Below the pieces are notes generated by a model, which worked only from the letters and a program-made list of their open reading frames with translations, searched no databases and was not told the DNA's origin. This document shows positions 39,965-53,558 of a stretch of DNA of 64,000 bases, piece by piece. The DNA lies in the NCBI RefSeq assembly GCF_001194135.2, contig NC_068989.1, forward strand, positions 2,175,355 to 2,239,354, in the 5' to 3' direction. The position numbers and the translations under genes are program-made. How positions within the stretch are numbered: position 1 is the stretch's first letter; each line of letters opens with the position of its first letter. The stretch is from Octopus bimaculoides. Taxonomy: Eukaryota.

Positions 39965-41265
39965 NNNNNNNNNNTATATATGAATTTATGTATGTATATA
40001 TGCATGCACACTTAGAAATATATACATTTAAATACATATAATTTAGAAAAAGTTCTGCATAATTTCACGATATTTGGAAACGTTTTTTAAATTAAAAAAT
40101 ATCAGTGATATAAAAGCAGTCTTTAAACGAAAGCAGATCAGCAAAAACCTACGAAAGGAAGCCCGTTGGCATAAAACAGGTCACAAATTGATGCTTGTTT
40201 TCAATAACAGTTTTTACTATTTCCACTAGTTGAGATTTAAAACTTGCATCATTTTGCCTCTCAAAATTGATCGGTTTCTTCCGGTATTTTTGAAGAGGAC
40301 GTATTGAATTTCCCATACCACATGTGCACTATGCTACATTCCAGACAATCCATATTTGCATTCATTATAAATAGTTTCTTGTTTTCAGTCGTTTTATTTT
40401 TTTAAATTGTTCAGTCACATCGCATGACACACAACGAATGTCTTCACCTTTTAAATTACATTATATTTTCTTGCGATGCGAATTTCCCTCTACTTAGATT
40501 CGTGGATTGTCTTCGAATATTAATAATTTGTGTCTCTATCATCTGTTGCCGAGTTGTGAAGAGCAACAAACACTAACATATATATATATTACATAAAAAT
40601 ATACATAAAAAAATTTTCAGTTTCCCTTTCACCAGGTTCACTGAAAAATTAATAGAAGGCACTTGATCAAAATGCCGTACACTGGATCTTAAGCAAACAC
40701 CAGATAATCGGGTAGTGTTAAAGAGAGCCTATCCTATCACACACACACACACGTACACACACATACGCACGCACGCGCGCACACACACACACACATAAAC
40801 ACGCACACATACACGCATATATGAGTCTTGTTTAAATAGACATGCCTCCAAGAACAACAACACATTACAAAATATTTAATGAAACCATACCTATGTAATT
40901 CCTAACGTCTTTCTAGTTTTTTTTTCAGCTACCGACGAGTACTTTATGACAACTCAGATTCTTAAATATGAATTTCATGTCATCCTGTAGGAAACAATTG
41001 TATAGCTGCATAAACGAAAAAAATTATCATCCATATTGACATCTAATCTGCTCCATTTACGTAAATATGAACAAACTTGTTGAAGTCTGTTTAATACGTT
41101 AACTCATATCATTAACACTCCTGTATATATATNNNNNNNNNNNNNNNNNNNNNNNNNNNNNNNNNNNNNNNNNNNNNNNNNNNNNNNNNNNNNNNNNNNN
41201 NNNNNNNNNNNNNNNNNNNNNNNNNNNNNNNNNNNNNNNNNNNNNNNNNNNNNNNNNNNNNNNNN

Positions 41266-41303
<38 letters not shown>

Positions 41304-41435
41304 AGCGCAGGCGTGGCTGTGTGGCAAGTAGCTTGCTTATCAACCACATGGTTCTGGGTTCAGTACCACTGCGTGGCACCTTGGGCAAGTGTCTTCTACT
41401 ATAGTTTCGGACCGACCAAAGCCTTGTGAGTAGAT
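41304..41435 (+). mobile_element. SINE family A, 5' part
   Basis: gcgcaggcgtggctgtgtggcaagtagcttgcttatcaaccacatggttctgggttcagtaccactgcgtggcaccttgggcaagtgtcttctac. Confidence 0.9.
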
Positions 41436-42340
41436 TTTAAAATTGTAGGTATATTGTGCGTTCAGTTCGCTTCGTGGCTGCATGTTTCCAGATAATTCCT
41501 TGGGATGCACTGCAAGCGCAGCTATAGCGTGCATCTGACCATTTAATTTGCGAATATAATTTGGTTGACAGAAATTGAGCAGCGTTGATATTTATCTCAG
41601 ATCTCCCCAAGTCATTTTGTAAAAGAAGGCCATAATCAATACCATACAGCCTACGTTGGTCATAAATCCGCTTAATTAAAGTTATTCTGGGTCTACATGT
41701 AAGCAACACAACTGGCGACATTATACATATATCATGTAGAAATCGGTCCTGTCATTGGTTCAAAACAAAATTATCTTTATTGTCGTTTAGTTCGAGTTAA
41801 ACGATGTTGTGGCCATGGCCGTCGTATATTTTATGCACATAGTATATATCTAGGACTCAATTATGTACCAATTTCTCCGTTTTTAATGAGTGTTTGCTTT
41901 TCAAGAGAAAATGTTGCTACTTATCGCCAATAAGAAGCTTTTACATTTAATTAAATATTTTTAAAAATTCGTGAGAATTTGCAGTGAGATCATTGATGCG
42001 CGGTGATTTGTAATTTGAAAAACATTTCTTTTACTGAAAAGCAATTATTAAAGACAGAACACACAAGTAAATTTCTGACAACGCTTAGCGTTTGTGTTCA
42101 ATGTCGTTAGCTCGATTTCCGTTGACAGAAAATTGTTTTGCATTCTTCCAAATTTGAGGGAAAATATACAAACAAGTCACTGATGACAAATTTTTAATGT
42201 AGGTGATAAGATATCGATGCAGTGACTGTAAGATTCGACTGCGAACACCTGTAATTCGTTAGTGGCAAAAGCTGGCCACACGCCAGGCGGAAATCAGTCC
42301 AAGTGGTGGAATGGACCCGACGCATACCTTTTACCGTTTA

Positions 42341-42642
42341 CCTTTACTTCTTTTTAGTCAATGGATTACGGCCATGCTGGAGCATCCCTTCCCTGAAGAG
42401 TTTTAGTCGAACGAATGAAACCTGATTAAGTAATGAGGCTCTAAAAGAGAATGACTCTCCGCAAACACAATAATATATATAGACAGAGAGATAGACATAA
42501 GACAGGCTTTCAGTTTCCATCTACGAAATCCACTCCCAAACATTTAGTCGGTCCGAGGCATAAATAGAAAACACTTTCAGTGGGGCTGAACTCAGGACCA
42601 TGTGATTAGGAAGCAAACTTCTTACCACACAGCCACGCTTGC
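42341..42642 (-). mobile_element. SINE family A copy
   Basis: Reverse complement has both the family A head and the ctccagcatggccg tail. Confidence 0.8.
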
Positions 42643-43952
42643 ACCGACATACACTCCATACTATTTTTGTGAAGAGATACGAAGATCTCGCACTCCATGA
42701 CCTTATCCTTTTGATTTATGACTTTGTTTCCATAAAACAAATTAATCTGCACTTGATGGAGCAAGCAAAAGATAATTCCTGAATTCGGTGCGTATCAAGA
42801 GATGTTAATGATATCTCTGTAACTGATATTTGTATCCATATGTTAGGTTTGCAATAATCTTTTACTGTATTTGTATCGATCTGTTTATGTGTATCAATTG
42901 GATCTAGCTGATGTTTCTATCGATCTTTTATAATGTTTGCTGCAATTTGTTTCCAACCTCGATTATTTCGTGAATACTTTATATTTCTATCAATTTTCAT
43001 GATAAACGTATCAATCTCTTTTGATGTTAATATTTCACGCTCAGTAGTTATCTTTTCTTAACTACTTCTAAGTTAATCATAAAAAGACTTAAAGTGCAGG
43101 TATTGCTCTGAAGGTGCGAACTCCAAAAGAATACAAATAAACATCGTCTGTGATTACGATCACACAAAGGCTAATTGGAACGCTAGGGACAAAGATCTAA
43201 GCTTCACAGGTTAATCAGTGCAGGGCTGGCAGTGCTCACGGCCTTTAAAAGCTCACAAATACTGTTGATGTCGATGTCACTGCATGTTGCCTGGCCTACA
43301 TTGGTAGATCAATAGTTACATGAAAAATGTGACTCGACACAGTAGACTGCACCAAAAATTGACAAGGACCCGGTGGTTGTGTTTAATCAAGACCTGTTAA
43401 ATTCCAAGATAACATGCTAGAAACACTCGAGAAGAAAATCATGATGTGAATGCGAGCAGCGTTTTGGAAAAAAGATGGTATAATGCTATGAAGTGTATAG
43501 TTACCAACAAGCATTGGTTCAATAAATGATACCAAATAATTTTAATCCGGAATTAAAACTAATTTGGAGGATCCAGGATATATCACGCTCCACTGTATGT
43601 TCAAATATTTTGTTGTTTTTTCAATTGGGAAGCAACATATCTATGGTTTCCGAGTAACTGTGTGTATTCGCTAGGACTTTTGTAGCGTTGATGAAGTGAA
43701 ATTAATTCAACTGGTAATACAGATTCAAGTTATTCACAACATTCAACTTATACCATGACGCATGGCGCAAGCGATTGGAATGTTATTTCTTCTTAATGTA
43801 GTCTTTAGAGAAAAAATTCTGCAACAAATGCAGAGTTGAAATGAGAAAGTCATTATCCCGCTTACGCATTATATACATTATATACATTATATACATTATA
43901 TATACATTATATATACATTATATACATTGCAGGAAGGCACAGCTATATTTTT

Positions 43953-44000
43953 ACATGTTGTCGGTCAGCAATCCTCTTACCATACAACCACTCCTGCGCC
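43953..44000 (-). mobile_element. SINE family A head fragment
   Basis: Reverse complement ggcgcaggagtggttgtatggtaagaggattgctgaccgacaacatg. Confidence 0.7.
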
Positions 44001-45219
44001 TAATGTCCAATTTTATTTTATGTCATATCCATCTGAAGTGTATTTGCGAGGGATTATTGCAAAATAAATTATAACTTATTCGCAGTTATCCTTTGTCTCT
44101 TATAAATCCGGTATTATTCCTAGTTTTCCATGTTCACAGCGAATCTGCTATTATAAGGTTCACAAAATGCGATATTTAAATATTTCTCTTTATTCTTTTC
44201 ATATTATGGTCATAACTTGTCTCCATTCCTCAAAGGCACGGTCAATTTGGCCAGATAAAGTTTTACGGATCTTACAACAGATCTATTTAATAATGGTTTC
44301 AGGCCAATATCGCTACATTTTTCATATAATTTGCTATCAAACTTCCTGCCAAATATCTTCGTGGTATATGGTATTCGCATAAAAAAGCTTCTTGTGTTAC
44401 TTTATGCATAAAATATGATAAGAAAACTTTTATATAATTTCCTGCAGCCTTTCTCCTTGCTAAGATACGTTATATCAAAATTATATCCTCAAACTCCATA
44501 CTGCAAAGCTTTGTCTATTTTGTCATAAACGTAATACATTCTGTCTCACTGGCTTCCGCTTCATTTTACCTTAACAAAAGTTTCTATTAATCGACTGTGC
44601 AGCTACTACAGAGCAGTTTTTCCATCTTTAATCCTTCATCTTTTGGTGAAACGTATCGTTCCTTTTTTTTTTTTTAGTTAAGTCGTCTATTTGCCTCGCA
44701 AACTATTTATGTAAATTTTATCTCTTCCTATTCACAGCCTTTCCTTTTTGTTTTGTTTTTAATCCCTTTCTGCGTCCAGGTATTTACCATTGAACCTTTT
44801 CTTCCATTGATGTAGATTCTCTTCTTTTTTTCCCGACATCTGGTTAGTCCTGTAATTTCCAAACATTTCGTAGACGCCTACCTCTTCCTTCGCTTTCTAC
44901 TTTATAATATTTCGTTTCTGTAACTTGTTTTGCATTGTTATTAAGTTTCTCGTCTGCCAATTCCATCTAGTTCATTTGTCGTTAGTTGAAGAAGAGGACC
45001 ACCACATCATATCAATACTGTTCTTTCTCAAAACTGATAATTCTAATCCGATATCTCCTAATTTGTTTCGTTTCTTTCTAATCTCTTCTTTTTTTATATA
45101 ATCTAGAATCATGTATTTTATCGTCTTCCATTTCACCTCTTTTTTTGAATACGCTCATATAGGTTATTCTTTACCACGTCCGGTTCCATTGCTGTTTTTT
45201 GTAATCCTCACTATCATTA

Positions 45220-45358
<139 letters not shown>

Positions 45359-45374
45359 GAGGGTAAGCTAGCAA

Positions 45375-45955
45375 AATTGTTTTACGCCGGGAAAAATTCG
45401 TCTCGTTCATCTGACTTGAAATTTCGCCGACATCAAATTTGCCTTTCATCCTTCCAGGGTCCATGAAATCAAGTACCACAACAGTAGTGGGGCCGGCGAT
45501 ATCACTTTACACTCTCGTTCCTCCAAATTGATAGTTTTTTGTCTGAATCAGAAACAAGGGCGCTGGACTGGCAGAATCGTTTCACCTTCAGACGAAATAC
45601 TTTGTGGTATTGGCTTCCGTTCTTTATGTTCTGAGCTCAAATACAGTCGTGATCAACCTTGCCTTTTAGCACTCTGAGGCCGATAAAATAAAATACCAGT
45701 CTAATATTGGGGTCTATTGTATTGATTTTAATCCTATCCTCAAAATTTATGGCTTTGTGCCAAAATTGAGATTAGGTGGTTATCTGGTAGAATCGTTAAG
45801 GCTCCGGATGAAATGCTTAGCAACATTTATTCCGGCTCTTCGCACACTGAGCCCAAACACCTTTCATCCTTTGGGGATCGATCAAATAAGTATGAGCCAA
45901 GTACTTGGGTTGGCGTCCTTAATTGCTTAGCGCTAAAATGTGGACAGCCTTAGTG
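45375..45955. mobile_element. Cluster of three SINE family B copies (-, +, +)
   Basis: ~45375-45535 is antisense; heads occur at ~45560 (gactggcagaatcgtt) and ~45780 (tctggtagaatcgttaagg). Confidence 0.75.
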
Positions 45956-46624
45956 TGAAAATTACTAATCATCAGTAAAAATATATAGAAGCAAATGTTT
46001 ATATAGATATTAATATTCTTATTTTTATCGACGGCAATACAAATATTTCATAATAACAACAATATTAATATAAGTGGTTAAAATCTCCACTTCTGAATTT
46101 TGCAAACCATCTTCTGCAGGTTCTTTCATTCAAGCATTCTTTCCTATAAACTGCGTGTATGTTTCGAGTCGCTTCGGCTGCAGAGTTTCCTTTTTTGCAC
46201 TCATAAAGCATTATGTGTCTCAAATGCTCTTTGAATACTTCCATGCTAGAAATTTTAATTCTATTTTTCTGTAAAATAATATTTAATTAGTTTCAATGTA
46301 CATAAATGCATATAAATAATTTTTAATTCCATTAGACATTGTAAAATACTATTAAATTTCATTCAATTTTAAAAAAGGTAAAATTGGACAGAACTTATGG
46401 GATGACCNNNNNNNNNNNNNNNNNNNNNNNNNNNNNNNNNNNNNNNNNNNNNNNNNNNNNNNNNNNNNNNNNNNNNNNNNNNNNNNNNNNNNNNNNNNNN
46501 NNNNNNNNNNNNNNNNNNNNNNNNNNNNNNNNNNNNNNNNNNNNNNNNNNNNNNNNNNNNNNNNNNNNNNNNNNNNNNNNNNNNNNNNNNNNNNNNNNNN
46601 NNNNNNNTATATGCATATGTATAT

Positions 46625-46830
46625 GTATCTCTGTTTTTGTCGTCCACCGCTCGACAACCGGCCATGGTCTATTTGCAACCTCGTAACTTTCAGTAGCTCA
46701 GCAAAATACGATAGATTAAGTACCAGACTTAAAAGAAATAACGTTTGGGCTCGATTTCGTCGACTGGAACCCTTGAAGGCATTGCTCCAGCATGGCTGCA
46801 GTCCAACGACTGAAGCACATAAAAATGAAA
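46625..46830 (+). mobile_element. SINE family A, 3' part
   Basis: ccaccgctcgacaaccgg..cgtaactt..gcaaaatacgatagattaagtaccag..gctccagcatggctgcagtcc. Confidence 0.8.
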
Positions 46831-47639
46831 GATGAAAGATATTTTCTTTAGCGCCTGTGATTTGTTGTTCTCCACAATTCTTTCGTCTTCTTGAAATAAC
46901 TCATAGAATAAACACATTAGTTTATTGTGCATTAGTTTAATGGTCTTTTAATATTGTTTATATTTCGGAATCGAGCTTGTTAGAAATAACCTTTTTTTAT
47001 TGTGAGCACTTCTGCACCTCCTATTACATTACTTTGCTATCGTGATCGACATGAAATAATGTTGCGCAATTCATCATTCGCCCAAGCTCAGCTGCTTATG
47101 TTTTGTTACGGATTTATGTATACACACACGTAGTTTTTTGTTATTAATAACGATGTATTATGCACGTTTTCGCTTTTCGTTTAAAACTAAGACCATTTCA
47201 TTTTGGCTTGTTTGTCTCAAGCGATTATTTGTTCTATATTTTTGGATATATATCCTATTTAACTTGTTTGTGTTTAATAAGTAATGAAGATCACATGAAT
47301 ATGTATAACAGTTCTATTTACTGTTATAGCTTCGTTTTGTTTCTATTCAAATGTTTACCGCTGTGTTTGTTTGACCCATATGATCACGCCATCTATGCTT
47401 ATGTCTTATATTATTTCAACGATATATTTTCTTAGCAATAATCACATGTAATATATAAAACAGAGTCAGTTGCGCTCCTGGCTTTCTTCTCGCATCACTT
47501 TCTTCATTTTATCTTGATTTTGGTCTTTGCTTTGGTAACATTGTTGGATTTATACCTATTTCATATTTACGAAGAGCTACATTGCCAAGCTTTCAGTGTT
47601 ATACTTCCCAGATAAGATTAACTCTTGTTGATATATTAT

Positions 47640-47668
47640 TATTGATAATAATAATTTTAATAATAATT

Positions 47669-47723
<55 letters not shown>

Positions 47724-47732
47724 TAATAATAA
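47640..47732 (+). repeat. (TAA)n microsatellite
   Basis: Directly visible. Confidence 0.95.
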
Positions 47733-47735
47733 CAT

Positions 47736-47942
47736 ATTAAGAATATTGGAGCTACTGTCAGGCTCGAAGTGATCCAGAAGACAGCATTGTTAGGTACAGA
47801 TCGCATTCTAAGAAGAGTATTGCCTCTGAGTCACAGGAGAGGGGCACTACTTGAAACCTTTGGTGATTTGTTGTTGCCTGCTTTCAAGTAAATAATAACC
47901 ACTAATTAAGAACTATCCGAGAGTCTTTCATAATGATAATAA
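47736..47942 (+). mobile_element. R4/Dong-like (RLE) LINE extreme 3' end, copy 1
   Basis: IKNIGATVRLEVIQKTALLGTDRILRRVL, then a UTR ending in taatgataataa. Confidence 0.8.
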
Positions 47943-47963
47943 CTGGTACTTAATTTATCGACT

Positions 47964-48340
47964 AAGAGAGACAAATACTGTCAGATCATTGATGTAGCCA
48001 TACCAAATGACATGAATGCTGTGACTAAAGAGGTTGAAAAAATCACCAAGTACTCCTAATTGAAAGTGGAAATGGCAAGACTGTATGGAATGCGAGAGGT
48101 TAGTGTAAAAGTGATACAGTAGTGATCGGAGCATTGGGCTCAATCCCATTGACACTTCAAGACTTCTTAAGGCAACTGGAAATCCAATGCCAGATTGATG
48201 TCTTGCAAAAAGCAGCCTTATTGGGCACAGTGCACATCTTAAGGAAAGTATTATCTGTCTGGGTTCCTTGTCGTGACTTGGCAGATGACTAAAGACTCCG
48301 GTGCATTTTTACCTAGACTGTGTTACGAAGGAATAATAAT
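47964..48340 (+). mobile_element. R4/Dong-like LINE RLE endonuclease C-terminus, copy 2
   Basis: CQIIDVAIPNDMNAVTKEVEKITKYS*LKVEMARLYG / VIGALGSIP..LQKAALLGTVHILRKVL, ending in gaataataat. Confidence 0.85.
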
Positions 48341-48345
48341 GTACG

Positions 48346-48620
48346 CCGCTAGCCCAGAAGGAATATAAGAGACGCCACATCAATATAGCCAGGCTTGTCC
48401 ATTTGACACTTTGCAACAAGTATGAACTTGACAGAGCAGTAGTACCAATAATTGTCGGAGCCTTGGGAACAGTGAGCAAAAATCTCGATAAGTACGTGAA
48501 ACAAATTGGGGCTGCAATAAGGGTGGAGCACTTACAGAAAACAGCACTGCTCGGAACCGCTCGAATACTCCGGAAGGTGCTCGAAAGATAAGAGGTGTTA
48601 CCTTAGTTACCTTGCCCGGA
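48346..48620 (+). mobile_element. R4/Dong-like LINE C-terminus, copy 3, with an in-frame internal deletion
   Basis: Open frame PLAQKEYKRRHINIARLVHLTLCNKYELDRA|VVPIIVGALGTVSKNL..LQKTALLGTARILRKVLER*. Confidence 0.85.
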
Positions 48621-48699
48621 CTTGTGCTTTGGAGAGGAACATTCTGCGTTCAATCCCATGGTCAATCATGAGCGAAGCCATAACATTCCGAATCACCCG

Positions 48700-49690
48700 A
48701 GAAAAGTGTGTCGGCAGCAAAGAGACAAACACCACAGTATATGCTGGTTAATTATTTGGAAAAAAAGGAACCTGCTACTAGATGAACAGAAAAGGTGCAA
48801 AAAGGGATATATGTCCGATAAAAGCAGTTACAGGTAAATCGATCTCTTATAGGATAGAGAAAAAGATGGTGGTGGGGGGGAATTAGCATGGCTTGGATTG
48901 AGTTAAGAAAATTATTTGACAGTATACAATACACATGGATCCTGGAGACGAGCTAAAGAAAATACTTCCAATTCTAATAAGCGATATCAATAATGCCATA
49001 TCAACAATGAACACAAAATAATTAGAAAATAAATGTAACGAGCCTTATAAATTAAATAAAACAATTTTCAAGGAGTTTCTTATCTCTTCTGCGTAGCTCT
49101 GACGCTATTCGCAAATCAAATAAATGAAACTACAAGTGGTAATACAGACATACTATATAGTATTTCCTCTTTGTCAATAACGATATATTATATAGAAGAG
49201 AAAATACCCAAATGAAAAACCTGCTAAAATTGTTCATAAACTGAAACAATGAAAATGAGCATAAGCGTAGAATATATGACAATATTATAAGAGAAGAACA
49301 GAAAAAGTAACTAGCACCGAGAAGATTAAATTACAGGCACCAAAATTAGGGAATTAGATGCTAATCATTAATACTTGTAATAGTAGTACATGATACAGCG
49401 AATAGAAATGAAAGAGAAAATTTGCGAAGAGTAAAGCGAGTATTAAAAACTGAACTGAGAACTAGATACAAGATAAGACACATAAGCCATCTTAGTTATG
49501 TTTTTACAGCATCAACATAATAAGCTTGGAGTTCATTGAGAAGATTACATAGAAACGGAAAGCTACAAATCATAACCTAAAACCATTACATAATATAAAT
49601 AAAATACATTTAACTCCTCTCAAGATCTGATACAAAATATCATGAAAAGAGTAGAAAACTACTTAGCAGTAACCAAATGGAGAATGATTA
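48700..49690 (+). mobile_element. R4/Dong-like LINE RT relic, fragment 4
   Basis: Frames read NLLLDEQKRCKKG, ISMAWIELRKLFDSIQYTWILE, a remnant of IFQG..LFCVAL, IRELD, and RRVKRVLKTELRTRYKIRHI; heavily decayed. Confidence 0.7.
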
Positions 49691-49974
49691 ATGCAATAAA
49701 AATAAAAAGAAAATATATCTAAATATTTATTACATGCGTATATATGTTTATATATGTTTATATATGTTTATATATGTTTAGGTTTTATATGTAGACAAAT
49801 ATATTTATTATATGCTTGCTTGGAAATGGATGCGTGCCGTTCACTCAAATAATAATATAAATAATATAAATAATATATATGCATATATATATATATATAN
49901 NNNNNNNNNNNNNNNTATCTATTATGTATGTTAATATGTTTATTAAGTTATAATAAAGAATAAATTTGAAGCTA

Positions 49975-50115
49975 ATTACTTCAAATTCCACCAAGGTCGA
50001 CTTTGCCTTTCATCCTTTCGGGGTCGATTAAATAATTACCAGTTAGGCACTGGGGTCGATGTAATCGACTTAATCCCTTTGCCTGTCCTTGTTTGTCCCC
50101 TCTATAAAGAGGCAA
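49975..50115 (+). mobile_element. SINE family B, 3' part
   Basis: tcaaattccaccaaggtcgactttgcctttcatcctttcggggtcgattaaataattaccagttaggcactggggtcgatgtaatcgac. Confidence 0.9.
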
Positions 50116-51184
50116 TAAAGAAATAATTATTATCAACACCACCACCACCTCAAACAACAATCATAATGCTAATAATGATCTCATTTCATTTCATTTCATT
50201 TCAAAGTTTCAGCTCAGAGCTGCGGCCACGCTGATGCACCATATATTTTAATTGCCCGATTTATTTTAGCCATCTGTGGCAGTTTAGCGTATCATTTTGA
50301 AGAAGAATGTTCAAGATTGTGTGTCAGATTCCTTAAGATTTGAAATACCGAACCAATTAATTGCGATGCTGCAGCTGTTCCGATGCTGGACTTAAGAGGA
50401 ATACGAGTGCGATAAACATCGTTGAACGATGTTGTGCAAACTTAGATATATGTATAGTCTCTGTGTACGTGTTTATATTTATATCTGCTCCTGGTGCTCA
50501 TGTGTCTGTGTATGTATGTATGTAATTATTCAGTTGTTTTCAAGATTTCTTGCCAATAGAGGAAAAAACCGGCTTGTAACCTAGATCCAAGGATCCTTCA
50601 TTGTAATTTCAATATCAACAACAGGGTATTTTTGTATGTATGTATGTATGTATGTATGTGTGTATATATGTATGCATGTTTCTATGTATGTGTGTATGTA
50701 TGACAGATTTGTATGTTTTATGTATACATTCTCATACACATAGTTGCTTATTTAGACAAACTCATATTTAAATGATAAACTTTAGGAAAGTTTTACAGAT
50801 TTTTACTCTTCCAGTGATGGATTGGATCTGATGATGATGACGATGATGATGATGACGATTGTGGATGATGATGATGATGATGATTAGCTCCAGATATACC
50901 GTAGTTGAGCAAGCCGCCTCTGGTCAAAGGCGCTGTGGTCGTTATCTCTTACCTTTACATCAGAAATAGTATCACTAGGACACCATTCCAAACGATTCCT
51001 CTAATATTCTGAAGAAAAATAATTCGACAATTACGTGTCCTTCATGTTTTAAGGAAAATTTGGCCGCTATGCCCAGCAATTCGATCCCTCATTTAAGGGA
51101 TCCCTTGTTGGTTCGGGTCTATTCCTTGTTTCCAGTGAAGCATTTCTTTGAATTGATCACACATTATTCGATTCAAACTTTGGC

Positions 51185-51241
51185 ATAACGCCACTAAGCA
51201 TTTTCACTTGCGCCGTAACGACTCTGCTAGCTCACCGCCCA

Positions 51242-51293
<52 letters not shown>

Positions 51294-51505
51294 GCTACAA
51301 ATTTTGCCACAAGAACAGTGGTTTTGGGGGAGGCGGTTAGTCGATTACATCGACACCCAGTATTTAAATGATACTTATTTTATCGACCCGAAAGGATGAA
51401 GGGCAAAGTCCAACTCGGCGGAATTTGAACTCAAAGCGTAAAGACAAGAAATACCCCGAAGTATTTCGCTCGCCAGTGTGTTAATGATTCTGCCAGCCCG
51501 CAGCT
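51185..51505 (-). mobile_element. SINE family B head fragment, (TAA)n tract and a full SINE B copy
   Basis: 51185-51240 is an antisense head, 51241-51291 is (TAA)n, 51292-51505 is an antisense copy. Confidence 0.8.
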
Positions 51506-53507
51506 TTAAATTGATCTCTGATTAGAGTTACCAAGATTGTCTAATTTTGATTAAAGTTAACTATTATACTGAAATAGGAAATATAATATTCTCTCCGCCC
51601 TCCCCCCATTCTCTGTCTCTCTGCCTCTCTCTCTTTATATCTCTAACGTCTTCTACGTCTATTTCGCTTTTACTTTGTTTCTCACGTCATATGTCTTTAC
51701 GCACGCACAGACACTCACCCACGCACGCACACACAGACATGCACACTCACACACACATACACTCATTAATACTCACTACACGCTCTCTCTCTCTCTCTCT
51801 CTCATACACACACACACATTTTGATGTATCGGCTGCCACAACTATCAACAGACACTAGCTCTTTTCCATTTGCCAGTCAATCACTCAAGCTACACAGAAC
51901 ACAGCTTACTGTCTGAATCATGCTTCGACTCTCTTCAAATCACTGATGACGACCAATTAGTTCAATTCAGAATATGACAGACTCAGATTTTATATTATCA
52001 AATCTGACCTGTTCTGCTCGTCTTTACTTAAGTTTTTATTCCGCGCCGAATTCGACACACACTCCTCCATTTATATTCTATACAATACCTATAACGACAA
52101 TATTTCTGCACCTCACGCCAGCTCTGATAGACTAGATATGTGATGAAAGCTTTCCAAATATGACCACCCACCATCCCAATATATTCCCAAGAATATCCGC
52201 GACTACATTCTACTTTGTGTCCTTCCTTTTTGTAACATTAACGTTTACTTTGCGGGTATTTGACAGCTATCTATAGCCAATAATCACATGCAATGTAGAC
52301 ACCTTTAGTCAAGCCTGCTAAACCCCCCCCACTCCCCGGCAAATATTATTCTCTAATGGGATCCTTTCATGATGTAGTAAATCTGATCTTGTTGAAAATG
52401 CGCTGCCGCAGCCCCTTCATATAACGCAGAAGCATTCTAGTTCTTGAACACCTTTGTTCGTGGACAGCACATATTCGAAACCGTCAATGTTGTTACAAGT
52501 GCAATGCTTCATATCGCCGATGTTCTCGCTCCAAGGGCCATTTCAGACACGTGGCATGACAATACTCTATGTAAGTAAAACCTTTTGCTTACAGTCAGAA
52601 AATTGTTTAAACCCTGACACTGCTACTTAATGTTTGCAAAGCTCCATCGAGACCGTCAATGAATTCGGTTTCAAACTTTTACTGTTGCTGTATACCGGAC
52701 ATCCTACAACGCATCAAGAGAAAGGATCCTTAAATGAGAGGCATGATTTCACTCACTAACGCACCTCAATCCTCAGCCCACAAATGTGCCTTCTTCTAGA
52801 TTTGCAATTGGTGTTTGATCCTCGGAGCTGATTTTTCTCCTGCCAACTGCACCAAAATACACTCTTTTCTTTCCACCTCGCTACCCGAATTATATTTGCT
52901 ATTTTATGCCTCATACTAACCACTATATTCGATTTCTCTTCATCAAAACACCATATCTATGGAAGTCATTTGTTGCACATGTTTTCCAACAGTCGTCTTC
53001 TTATAGTTGTTGAAGACCTCAAAAACCACTGCGGATACCCTCCGAACATTATAATTACAGACCCTAGCTCTGCATCAGGTCATTATAAAAATACGCCTCA
53101 TTATTCTAACAATTAATAGTTTCAATATTACTGTAATATGCATGATTATATCCCAGCGCATCGTTTTCATAACCGCTTCCTAATCAATTCAATTAGGATG
53201 CAACTGTGAATACTTGTCGAAGCTCATATTCTTCACTTATTGAACAAACTTGAGATGAAAAATCGTTACGCTGCTCGCTACGTGAACACGATTAGATCTC
53301 ATAAAGTCGAAACCGGTCCAAAAGTAAACCAACCACCACCATTCCTAGGACAATGACTTTTAACTTCAGCGAATACAATTTCTGCTGGTCTTTGAGAAGT
53401 AATGGTAATTACTGCAAGAATTTTGTTTCCATTTTCTAACGAAAAGGCAAATTTCAATGAACTGAGAATTTGGGTGTATGCATATGTATGTATATATATA
53501 TATATAT

Positions 53508-53558
<51 letters not shown>

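Noticed and set aside
44050-45100. Possible very old minus-strand LINE
   Set aside because: Only faint motif-like residues; cannot be supported without an alignment search.
51943-51985. CUGAUGA-CGACC-AAUUA-GUUC
   Set aside because: No GAAA or stem III follows.
52330-53050. Possible decayed RTE RT on the minus strand
   Set aside because: One weak RMLLRYMKG-like match only.
53309-53318. GAAA-CCGG-UC half hammerhead (a similar GAAACCGGUU lies at 61094-61103)
   Set aside because: No intact upstream CUGANGA with a matching stem I.
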